Assembly: GCF_006345805.1 (NCBI RefSeq)
Contig: NC_043025.1
Location: forward strand, 16,492,001-16,556,000
DNA length: 64,000 bases
Reading direction: 5' to 3'
Origin: Octopus sinensis
Taxonomy: Eukaryota
Shown: one piece after another, positions 47,846-60,114 of the stretch
Layout: every line of letters starts with the position of its first letter
How positions within the stretch are numbered: position 1 is the first letter of the stretch
Program-made: the position numbers and the translations under genes
Notes under the pieces: generated by a model
Told to the model about the DNA's origin: nothing
What the model saw: only the letters and a program-made list of their open reading frames with translations
The model's database searches: none

Positions 47846-48271
47846 ATCATCATCATTGTTCGACCGTGGTCGAGACAATGGAATTTACTATGTTACGCCA
47901 GACCTCACGGTCCATCATAGCATCACGGAGGTCCTGTTGCTGGATGCCTGTATCCCTGGATATTACATCAGGGTAGGAGAGTGTGTGCCCTCTGGTATTG
48001 CGACCGTGGTCGAGACAATGGAATTTACTATGTTACACCAGACTTCACGGTCCATCATAGCATCACGGAGGTCCTGTTGCTGGATGCCTGTATCCCTGGA
48101 GATTTCATCAGGGTAGGAGAGTGTGCGCCCTCTGGTATCACGAGTAGATGGCTTCCAGAGGAGAAGAGTAGAAATTACCTCGTCTTCAGCTCTACAACAA
48201 TGTCCAGCAAACTGGACTCTCCTACCTTTCACAAGAGATGACACAGGTGGTAATTTCCCATATATTTGCAT
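47846..48271 (-). mobile_element. LINE (RTE-like) 3' fragment with a 140-bp terminal duplication
   Basis: RRVQFAGHCCRAEDE..LLWKP..RGRTLSYPD; units at 47861 and 48001; (CAT)n tail. Confidence 0.75.
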
Positions 48272-50679
48272 ATACTCCTCAACATAGGTTGGTAATTAGT
48301 GACTTGGACACCAAGAAGCAAACCAGTCTGGAAATGAGGGCCACAATCGTTTGAATAACCAGAAATTTAGAGATGTTCTAAATGAGGATGACTGGAAATT
48401 CCTTTGAGATCACCTATTAAGGGCCAAAGACGAAATTTGTGGCTGGTGCCAAGTTTCAGCCAGACTGAGAGTGATATTAGGGATGGAAGAGTGTAGATGA
48501 GGAGAGCAAAGAAACTTGGTAGGACTGGAAGAGCAGGGGTGGTAGGGAAGGATATCAGGTCGCTGGAAGTGAAGGTAGCCTGGGGAGAAGGAGAAACGAA
48601 GAAATTTACCAATGTTCTGTGCTGTGAGGAGCAGAGGCAGGATGTATATTGATGGTTGCGAGGCTGTCAAAGAAAATCATAATGTAGGAGAGAAATGGAT
48701 GATGGTTCACTGGCTGGGAGTGCCACTATGAAAGGCTGCTAAATTTAATAGAGAATGCATGGGAGAAGGAGAGACTGCTTAATGTGGACCCAACTGAGGG
48801 ACCAGCTGTCCGAATTGACAGTAGCTTAGTCGATAAAGCAATTAAGGCGCAGGAGTGGCTGTGTGGTAAGTAGCTTGCTAACCAACCACATGGCTCCGGG
48901 TTCAGTCCCACTGCGTGGCATCTTGGGCAAGTGTCTTCTGCTATAGCCCCGGGCCGACCAATGCCTTGTGTGTGGATTTGGTAGACGGAAACTGAAAGAA
49001 GCCTGTCGTATATATGTATATATATATATGTATGTGTGTGTGTGTGTGTGTGTGTTTGTCCCCCTAGCATTGCTTGACAACCGATGCTGGTGTGTTTACG
49101 TCCCCGTCACTTAGCGGTTCGGCAAAAGAGACCGATAGAATAAGTACTGGGCTTACAAAGAATAAGTTCCGGGGTCGATTTGCTCAACTAAAGGTGGTGC
49201 TCCAGCATGGCCTCAGTCAAATGACTGAAACAAGTAAAAGAGTAAAAGAGTAAAGGATATGAAGAGAAGGAAGGCTATCAGGAATCACTGCTAAGATGCT
49301 TAGAATATCTGGCAGACTGGGTTTTGGTCTAGCCTGAGACACATGGGTTCAGAGTTATTAAATTGCTGGGAGTTAACGAGAGGGTCATAGCTCAACTGAA
49401 TAGGAAGGGAGTTAGTCTAGATGAGACGCAGCTTGTTTTTGAGCCAGACAGAAGCAATACTGATGTTATATTTCCTAGGCAACTTCAGAAGTGTTTAGTA
49501 AAAAATAAACTGTTGTTCTTGGTGTTGACATGAAGAGGGCCTTTGACAAAATTACTCGCTTCCTTATCTTGTTGTCACTGCAGAAGCTATGGGTAGACAA
49601 GTGGCTGGTAAGAACTGTCCAAGAGATGCTGGCAGTAAGGTAAAAATTGGTAATGAGTTTAACTGATGGTTCACCAAGGACTGGTCTGAGCACTCTTTTG
49701 TTTATGATAGTCCTCCAGGCCATAACAGGGGAATTTAAAACTGGTTCCCCATGGGAGCTTCTCTATGGTGATTGTTATTGCTGAATTTCTAAAATAATCA
49801 AAAAATTTTATGTTTGGTGCAAGGTCTGGAATCAAAGAGTCTTTGAGTTAATTAAGCTAAGACCAAAGTGTTAGTAGGTAGGAAAGCTGACAAATGACTA
49901 ATCCCTTCAGGGAAATGGTCCTACTTGATATATAAAAAAAAGGGGCTGGTGGAAGTTTCATAAGCTGTACCCAGTGCAAACTATGGACACAAGAGAAGAG
50001 AAATATTTAGAACTTTTTAGCAAACTCTTCATTTCTCTATAAATACTAGGGAACACAAAAATTTCTAGAACACTCTTCAGAGCACAATTTGGTGGTCCCC
50101 TTTTTTTTTACCAAAGTAAAGCAAGGTTTCTTGATTCTGTTGCACAAAAACGTTCAAAGCTATCTAAATTTAACCAGTCTTTTGGAGACGCAATGACTTA
50201 TGATGATGTTTTCAAATTTTGGCACAAGGCCAGCAGTTTTGGAGAAGGGATTAAGTTGATTGCATTGACCCCGAAAGGATGAAAGGTAAAGTCAACCTCA
50301 GTGGAATTTGAACTTGAAACAAAGATGGACAAAGTGCTGCTAAGCATTTTGTCTGGTGTTCTAGCAATTCTGCCAAGCTCATTGCCTTAATAATAATAAT
50401 CCTTTCGACTATAGGCACAAGGCCTGGAATTTGGTGGGGATGGGGGTGTTGACTAGTCAATTACATTGACCCCAGTACCCAACTGGTACTTATTTTATCG
50501 ATCCCGAAAGGATGAAAGGCAAAGTCGACCTCAGAGGAATTTGAACTCAGATTGTAGCCAATGGGCGAAACACTTAGCAGTATTTTGCCCAGCTTGCTAA
50601 TATCGGCCACAAGAGCCACATAACAAAAACGGTTATGCATCTGCCCCCATTTGTAGGCATCCCTCTTCCCAGCTACAAA

Positions 50680-51640
50680 ACCAAACTGCATCTCATCGAG
50701 TTCAATTCTATCCCAACCTGCTCCAGCAGTTTGATACTTCTGTAGTGGTTTCTATCTAAGGCATCACCTTTACCCTTGTAGCAGCTGACTATAACACTGC
50801 TACACCAGTCTCTGCCGATGATGCCTTCCTCAATAACCTGATTAATTATACAGGTGACTAGGCTGTATCTCTCACCCCCTCATATTTTAATCATCTCAGC
50901 AGCAGTTTTTCCCAATGGTCCAGGAGCTTTCCCAGTTTTCACTTTCTTAATTGCCTTATCTATTCTACTACTCTCAACTCTGATGGTTGCTCCCTCTGTT
51001 GGTTCCATATTTGAAAGACTCTTCTTCTCCCAACCGTTCTCCACATTTAACAACTTTCCATTATGGCATCTCCACACATCTTTCTTCTCTGAGTCTCTAA
51101 GTGCAAGCATACCATCATCCATTCGCACACTTTTCCCACCCACCACATCTCTATTCTCTTTGATACACTGATTTCCAATCCTGAAACACATTACAACCTC
51201 TCATCCTCACACTAGAACATTTGCAAATCTCTTGCATTCTGCTTTTCCTTTTGCTATGTAAACCTGTCCCCTGCATCCCTTCTGGCTCCCTCATATAATT
51301 CTCTGCTATTCCTTTTGCTATGTAAACCTGTCCCCTGCATCCCTTCTGGCTCCCTCATATAATTCTCTGCTTTTCCTTTTGCTATGTAAACCTGTCCCCT
51401 GCATCCCTTCTGGCTCCCTCATATAATTCTCTGCTATTCCTTTTGCTATGTAAACCTGTCCCCTCCATCCCTTCTGGCTCCCTCATATAATTCTCTGCTT
51501 TTCCTTTTGCTATGTAAACCTGTCCCCTGCATCCCTTCTGGCTCCCTCATATAATTCTCTGCTTTTCCTTTTGCTATGTAAACCTGTCCCCTGCATTCCT
51601 TCTGGCTCCCTCATATAATTCTCTGCTTCCACCATTTTCC
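50680..51640 (-). mobile_element. Decayed RTE fragment ending in a 64-bp tandem repeat, 6 copies (about 51236-51627)
   Basis: IDKAIKKVKTGKAPGP motif; period 64 measured at gctatgtaa. Confidence 0.8.
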
Positions 51641-52129
51641 CAGTCTGTCTGTCTCTCTCTCTCTCAGTCTCTCCTCCTTTCTCCTGTCTCTCTCTGTCTC
51701 TCTCTATCTCAAATCATTTTCATGCCTCAGAGATAGTTGACAGGTAAAAATTTATTACAAACAAACTATTTTTGTTTTTGCTGAAGCCCCAAAACCTGAC
51801 ATTTTGGGGGAGCAGGGATTAGTTGATCAACTGGTCCCTATTTCATCAACCCCAAAAGGATGGAAGGCTGAGTTGACCTCGGCTAAATGTGGACTCATAA
51901 TATAAAATACGGATGAACTGCTGCCAACAGTTCTGTCTGCTGACTTGTGCTTATAAGAGTTAGTTAACCATGGCCATGCTGGAGGATTCTTTTCCACACT
52001 CGGCACAAGGCCCAAAGTTTTTGGGGAGGGGGCCAGTCGATTAGATCGACCCCAGTATGCAACTGGTACTTAATTTATCGACTCCAAAAGGAAGAAAGGC
52101 AAAGTCGACTTCAGCAGAATTTGAACATT

Positions 52130-52157
52130 TTACACACACACACACACACACACACAG

Positions 52158-52195
<38 letters not shown>

Positions 52196-52655
52196 ATACA
52201 CACACACACACACACACACTCACACACACACACACATACACACACACACACTCATACACACACACACCACACACACTCACACACACACCACACACACACA
52301 CTCACACACACACAACACACACACACACACACACTCACACACATACACACTCATACACACACACACACACACACACTCACACACACACATACACACACAC
52401 ACACACACACACTCACACACACACATACACACACACACACTCACTCACACACACACACACACACACTCACACACACACTCACTCACACACACACACACTC
52501 ATACACACACACACACTCACACACACACACACTCACACACTCACTCACACACACACACACTCATACACACACACACACACTCACTCACACACACACACAC
52601 ACTCATACACACACTCACACACACTCACACACACACACACACACACACACACATT
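52130..52655. repeat. Interrupted (CA)n tract, about 520 bp
   Basis: Direct reading. Confidence 0.97.
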
Positions 52656-53117
52656 CTCTAGACAATGTAATTTCAAATGCAGAAAGGTTGTGAAAACAAC
52701 TTTGAAAATTGAGTAGATACCCTTAGAAAACAGAAAAAAGGGGTCAGCAAGCCTCTACAGAGCCTTGTACATCTTGAACCCTGAACATTTTTTAAGTCAT
52801 TGGACAGCGTCCATACTGGAGCACTCCCTTGAAGGCCATCAGTCAAATGATAGGATTTTGATGCCAAAATCTGTCCCTTCTCATCAACATCTAAGGTATT
52901 CTTCTACATGTTTCTGTTCAAATGCTATGGTCATGCTGGAGCACTGCCAGTATGGCACAATCTGAGTTTATCTTCCTTCTTGAAACACACCAATCGGTTC
53001 TTTGACAAAAAAACCGATCAATTCATATTGATGACTTTTCTGGTAAGTTACAAACGACTTTGGAGATTCCACTTTTAATGTGAACAGCAAACAACCAATG
53101 TGTTTGACTGCCATTAA

Positions 53118-53337
53118 CACTTACATTACTGTATTTCTGTTGAGATGCTCTGTGTTTCTTTCAACTATTTTAAATATAACAAAGAATTTAGTAAAATAAC
53201 TTAATTATCATTAATCTAGTGTTAGGAACGTAAATTGTGACTAAGGTTTGGTGGAAGATTTTAATTCAAAACTTATGAAAACAAGACATTTTACCACAGA
53301 GCCAGAGCCGGTTTTGGCCGGGTTAGTAACAAAAGGG
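53118..53337. mobile_element. piggyBac-like MITE with a degenerate left end
   Basis: ttaacacttacattact versus agtaacaaaagggttaa. Confidence 0.55.
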
Positions 53338-54309
53338 TTAACACTTTCTGTTAAAACGTCCGTTTTCGACGATGATGAAGATAATGGTGGCTATAGACAT
53401 ACATATAGACATACCTATTTCTTTATTACCCACAAGGGGCTAAAGACAGAGGGGACAAACAAGGACAGACATAGGTATTAAGTCGATTACATCGACCCCA
53501 GTGCGTAACTGGTACTTAATTTATCGACCCCGAAAGGATGAAAGGCAAAGTCGACCTCGGCGGAATTTGAACTCACAACGTAACGCAGACGAAATACCAC
53601 CAAGCATTTCGCCCGGCGTGCTAACGTTTCTGCCAGCTTGCCGCCTTGCCATACCTGTTTGACACTCCTTGCAATAATTGGTATCAAGGTTTTTCATTCG
53701 TTCACCTCACCAAATGACACAATAGATAGTGTGCAAAGTTTACATTACACACAGACACATACACGTATGAATGTGCACACACACACACAAGCAGATAACG
53801 ACCACTCCTTTGTATGGTATCTAATAAACTTAGCAGTTACTGTCACACAAATACATTGAAGTGGGCGTTTCAACAGACAGAACTTGCCAGAAGCCGAAAG
53901 ACCTCGGACTGGAATTGAAACCTTATTTATTAACTCAGGTAAATATTCCTGTGATATTTATTTTGATTAACACACAATTTGCTCAGTCATTTCCATTGTG
54001 AAAACTTTCATTAGAATTATTTCAAAGCTAAATTCACTTTTATATTGGAATTTGTTTTATTTTTGAGACAGTATTTTAGCGATGAGAAAGCGTTAAAATG
54101 GTTCAGCGTTACATCACAAGTAAAAGATTTCATTTATATTTACAGAATATAATATAAAATATAGTTTGGACATAACTACGTAAAACCTTTTTAAAGAGAT
54201 GAATATCTTCATCTGATAATACATTATTTTCGGTAGTTTGCAGTGGATTTCTATTTCTAAAGTGAAATTTAAAGTTTGTAAATCTATTTTAAGCCTATAA
54301 AATTAATTG

Positions 54310-55185
54310 TTTCCGTCGATTTCCTCTGTCAATTTCCGCAAAAAACTTTTATTTTTTTACATATGGCTTTGCGGGAATATTTGAAGTAATGAGAGCGAAA
54401 GAGACTAAGAGGAAGCGATTTTATGACGAGGGAATTTCTTTTGAAGTTACCGAAGCATTGATGTACATGTGTGTGTGTGTGTTTGATGGGGTGTGGGAGA
54501 CAGACAGTATGTTGTGTAAGTGAAGTGCTTCTGTTAGTGTGTGTGAAGAGACAGAGAGAGTAATGTGTGAAAGAGAGAGATAACTGAAATGTTTTACTCG
54601 GTGTATGTGTATATGTATGTGTGTGTGTGTGTGTATGGCCGTATGTATGTATGTAAGGCTGCACAGTAGCAGTCGACAAGGCATGTATAACGGTTAAATA
54701 AAAAAAATTTTGTCTGTATCTTCGATCACTGTCATTATTCCATTGAGTCAACCTCATTATTTTCTACATAGCAGACCGTTACATAAACAGGCAAAGGTAA
54801 TCTTTCGTTTTAATTCGAAATAATGTAAACACTGAATCGGCCATACATACATACACACACACACACATACGTATACACATACACCGAGTAAAAAATTTCA
54901 GTTATCTCTCTCTTTCACACATTACTCTCTCTGTCTCTTCACACACACTAACAGAAGCACTTCACTTACACAACATACTGTCTGTCTCCCACACCCCATC
55001 AAACACACACACACACACGCACACACACACATGTACATCAATGCTTCCCATGCACGGTAACTTCAAAAGAACTTCCCTCGTCATACAATCGCTTTCTCTT
55101 AGTCTCTTTCGCTCTCATTACTTCAAAAGTTCCCGCAAGCCCATATGTAAAAAAAGAAAAAGTTTTTTACAGAAATCGACGGAAA
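54310..55185. repeat. Inverted repeat with about 330-bp arms and about 200-bp spacer
   Basis: 54310-54641 is a high-identity reverse complement of 54839-55185. Confidence 0.9.
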
Positions 55186-57076
55186 GGTCTACTAGAGACG
55201 AAAGATTGCCGGTTGCTTTTCCTAATCTTCATTATTTTATACACTTAGAGAGAGTGAGAAGGGTCCTTGAATATTTAAGAATTCAGTGACAACATCTAAT
55301 TCTCTCTCACCACACCTTTATCCTACATCAACATTTTAATGTGGAATGCGCTAAATATGCTTTCTCTCTATCTCGGATATTATTTATCAGAGAATTATTG
55401 AACATTGTCTGGAATTATTATAAACTTTGTAACAAACCAACGATGGTGTCTCTAAACAAATGCGTAAACGAAACATATTAGATAATACATATGGGAGGGC
55501 CATGGCTAGAACGTATTTAGCAAATGAGAGAGAGTGAAAGTAATTTTAATGTTGTAATATTTCGACTTTGATAAGTTATATAACCTGCTCATCTGATTAA
55601 ATTTTGAAAATATTTTTTATGGATTCCATATAAATACAGTATTTTAAGCAATAATCTAGGTTATAATTTGTTAAATAGAGAAATATTTCTGCGGAATAGA
55701 GATGCTTGTTTAAAAGTAAAGGTTTGTCGATGAGAAAGAAGTGAATAGCTGAAATGTGGGCGAATCGTTTATAGGCAAACAGACTAAATAGTGGAGAGAT
55801 TTCAAGTGGGTCACTCATTTGTAAATCAAGTTTACTGCTATGAAATATAAACTTCGTTTTCTGCATACACTTTGGTGTAATGTCGACGATAAACCTTTGC
55901 CTTCAACAAAACAATTAAATATTTTAAATCAATGTTTATAGTTATGTTTATTATTCAGCATCAATTTGATTACTCTGGTAAAACAAGTTTGCTTCTTGAG
56001 AATTGGTATACCTGTGTGTATATTGTTAGTAATTGTTTAATTGTTATTACCTGGCCAAGGTACGACCTCGTTATGTTTCTCTGACGATGCTTTCTCAAGC
56101 AATCATATATTGATTGAAAACAAACAGCAACACAGGTGAAAGATGAATATCATTGATTTTGCAATATCTATTTAGAAGACTCCGCCGGTTACGACGACGA
56201 GGGTCCCAGCTGATCCGATCAACGGAACAGCTTGCTCGTGAAATTAACGTGCAAATGGCTGAGCATTCCACAGACACGTGTACCCTTAACGTAGTTCTCG
56301 GGGATAATCAGCGTGACACAGAGAGTGACAAGGCTGACCCTTTGAAATACAAGTACAACTCATTTTTGCCAGCTGAGTGGACTGGAGCAACGTGAAATAA
56401 AGTGTCTTGCTCAAGGACACAACGTGTCGCTGGGAATCAAACTCACAACCTTACGATCATGAGCCGAATGCCCTAACCACTAAGCCACGCGCCCTCACTA
56501 TCTATTTATCCTACCTTAAATGCTTTGTGTTGAATGTAAGAAGAGCAACGAATTAGCAAAGCAATTTTACAAAACATTTTACAAAAATTTGTTTGCAGTA
56601 TCTGCCCAGGTGGTGTGAGTTCAATATCCAGTAAGGTCAATTTTGCCTTTCTTCATTCTATGGCCGATAAAAGAAAAAAGCCAGTCAAGTAATGAAATAG
56701 ATTTGCCATCATTGTTCACTTTCTTCTCCTTCCTCTTGCTCCACCACTTCTCTGTTTCTATATTGACCACATTGGCAGTGGTTACATCTGTCGAGAGAAC
56801 GGCGACTCTAGATTTCAAAATGCCTTAAACACATCGTATGTTGCGCTGATAGGTTTGCAACAGTGAAACACTTGAATCTTTCAGTTTGTCTTCGTCCAAC
56901 CTGAAACATGTGCATCGTTTCTTGTGGGTTGTTATCAGTTTGGGTCTCATTGCCATCCGGACAAAACCCCTATCATTGTTGACATCTGCACAGGCAATGC
57001 CCTACTCCTGAAACTGTTGATGGTGGACTTGAACTAGCAGTGGAAATGGAAGTTGTTGGTTTCGCGGGCATGAAAC

Positions 57077-57552
57077 TATTAGTTGCTTGACTTTAAATCC
57101 GATGTGAAATCACAGCCGTAGCTAGTGCCGGTGACACATAAAGCGCACCTGTGAAGGTGACATGTGCAGGCACCCGTACCAGTGATAGGTAGAAGGCTCC
57201 TTTGCTGGCGACAGGTAAATTCCACCACGGAAAATTCCCCCAGGTAAATTTCACCATAGATAAATTCCACCACAGTATATTCCACCATGGTAAATTTTAT
57301 CATAGGTATTGATACACGGTCTAGAAAAACTGACCATGTGTGGGATCAATACCTATGATAAAATTTATCATAGTGGAATATACCGTGGTGAAATTTACCT
57401 GGGGGAATTTACCTGTCACCAGCAAAGGTGCCTTCTACCTATCACTGGTACGGGTGCCTGCACATGTCACCTTCACAGGTGCGCTTTACGTGTCGCCGGC
57501 ACTAGCTACGGCTGTGATTTCACATATACACACTGGATTTAAAGTCAAGCAA

Positions 57553-57558
<6 letters not shown>
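57077..57558. mobile_element. Fold-back/MITE-like element, about 215-235-bp arms and 31-nt loop
   Basis: tattagttgcttgactttaaatcc...ggtattgat versus atcaatacc...ggatttaaagtcaagcaactaata. Confidence 0.85.
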
Positions 57559-57588
<30 letters not shown>

Positions 57589-57949
57589 CATACAAAAATT
57601 CAAAAACTAGAGTAGTGGGAATGAATATGTAGTGCTGGGTATGTAATCGTGAATTAAAATATGTAAAGGGATCAAAGTTGGTTATGTGTGCATATTTAGA
57701 AGGCTGGAAAAGCTTATGAGAACATTTAAATTATTTTACTTAATATAAAGGTGAACGGAAGTAAGCAAAAAAGTGAAAGTAAATAATAATGTCTTACAGC
57801 TGTTTCCGGGTCACATTCTAAACCCTGATCCTAGTGGGGCTTGCCAATTAAGCCACTTACACAGCGTACCTAATAATTTAAATCATCAGTCCTTCCTGTT
57901 GTATATGTGTATGCGTTTGTGTATGTGTGTGTGCGTGCATGCATGCATA

Positions 57950-59778
57950 CACATGGATAAATATATATGGTAGATGGCCCTGCTCGATCTGTAGAAAAGG
58001 CGTAGGTAGAAACTCTATAAGATGCACCAAGTGTAAGCTATGGACACATAAGAGATGTAGTAATGTCAAAGGAAGACTAACTAGGAAAATAGTTTTTATC
58101 TGTGGCAGATGCTCAGGAGCAATAAACTCTGAAAATATGCAGAGACCAACTTCTATCACGTTTCAGGGAGAAAAACTAGAAGTAGTTGATAGCTTCCGCT
58201 ACCTAGGTGACCAAGTCAGTAGTGGGGGCGGGTGTGCTGAAAGTGTAACTGCTAGAGTAAGAATAGCCTGGGCAAAGTTTAGAGAGCTCTTACCCCTGCT
58301 AGTGACAAAAGGCCTCTCGCTCAAAGTAAAAGGCAGACTGTATGATGCATGTGTACGTACAGCCATGCTACATGGTAGTGAAACTTGGGCTATGACTGCT
58401 GAGGACATGTGTAAGCTCGCAAGAAATGAAGCCAGTATGCTCCGATGGATGTGTAATGTCAGTGTTCATAGTCGACAGAGTGTAAGTACCTTGAGAGAAA
58501 AGTTGGACCTAAGAGGCATCATATGTGGTGTGCAAGAGAGACGTTTGCACTGGTATGGTCATGTGGCGAGAATGGATGAAGATAGGTGTGTGAAAAAGTG
58601 CCACACCCTGGCAGTTGAGGGGACCTGTGGAAGAGGTAGACCCAGGAAAACCTGGGTCGAGGTGGTGAAGCACGACCTTCGAACTCTAGGTCTCACCAAG
58701 GAAATGACCAGAGACCGAGACCTGTGGAAGTATGCTGTGCGTGAGAAGACCCGGCAAGACCAGTGAGAACAATCAAAATCAAATCATATATCAGAAAGCA
58801 GGGGTTAAGTGACCCATCCGTTCGTGTCCGCTGCCAGCCTCGTCTGGCACCCGTGTCGGTGATACGTAAAAGCACCATTCGCTCGTGGCCGTTTGCCAGC
58901 TCTGTCTGGCCCCCATGTCGGTGGCATGTAAAAGCACCATCTGCTCGTGTTCGTTGCCAGCCTCAGCTGGCCCCCGTGCCGGTGACACGTAAAAGCACCG
59001 TCCGCTCATGGCCGTTTGCCAGCTCTGTCTGGCCCCGTGTCAATGGCACGTAAAAGCAACATCCGTTCGTGTCCGTTGCCAGCCTCGGCTGGCCCCCGTG
59101 CTGGTGACATGTAAAAGCACCGTCCGTTCGTGGCCGTTTGCCAGCTCTGTCTGGCCCCGTGTCAGTGGCACGTAAAAGCAACATCCGTTCGTGTTTGTTG
59201 CCAGCCTCGGCTCGCCCCCGTGCCAGTAACACGTAAAAGCACCGTCCGTTCGTGGCCGTTTGCCAGTTCTGACTGGCCCCGTGTCGGTGGCACGTAAAAG
59301 CACCATCCGTTTGTGTCCGTTGCCAGCCTCGGCTGGCCCCCGTGCCAGTAACATGTAAAAGCACCGTCCGTTCGTGGCCGTTTGCCAGCTCTGACTGGCC
59401 CCGTGTCGGTGGCACGTAAAAGCAACATCCGTTCATGTCCGTTGCCAGCCTCGGCTGGCCCCCGTGCCGGTGACACGTAAAAGCACCGTACATTTGTGGC
59501 CGTTGTGCCAGCTCTGTCTGGCCCCGTGTCGGTGGCACATAAAAGCACCATCCGTTCGTGGCCGTTGTGCCAGCTCTGTCTGGCACCTGTGCAGGTGGCA
59601 CGTAATAAGCACCCACTACACTCGCGGAGTGGTTGGCGTTAGGAAGGGCATCCAGCCGTAGAAACACTGCCAAATCTGACTGGGCCTGGTGCAGCCTCCT
59701 GGCTTCACAGACCCCAGTTATACCGTCCAACCCATGCTAGCATGGAAAACGGACGCTAAATGATGATGATGATGATGA
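57950..59778 (+). mobile_element. 5'-truncated RTE LINE: intact C-terminal ORF with PHD-like finger, 3' UTR VNTR and (GAT)n tail
   Basis: WPCSICRKGVGRNSIRCTKCKLWTHKRC...CGRC...VVDSFRYLG...GRGRPRKTW; stop at 58766; about 13 modules of 61 bp follow. Confidence 0.92.
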
Positions 59779-60114
59779 TATATGCATACACATGCAAATA
59801 AGACATTCATTTTTTTATCTGTTTTTTTTTTTGCATCCTAGCATGGATTAGATTAATACATTATTTAGAGTTTTTTTTTTTTACAGCAAGGGGTCTCTTG
59901 TTCCAATGGTATTTCTGTTAACAGGGATAATATTGATGACATTGCTCACAGCTGAGAGGTTTTCAGAGATAACAAATGTAAACAGGCATATAAAATGGAC
60001 ATCTTTCCATTTATAACACCTCAATCCACTCACAATCTTTGATCAGCCGAGAGATGTACGAGAAGATATTTGTTGAAGATGCCGTAGAGTCGGCCTGAAC
60101 TAAAATCCACTCGT

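Noticed and set aside
52057-52716. His/Thr-rich ORFs
   Set aside because: Translation of a (CA)n microsatellite
53837-53937. Possible exon of another gene (open frame ending cag|GTAAAT)
   Set aside because: No pyrimidine tract, no recognisable peptide and no partner exons
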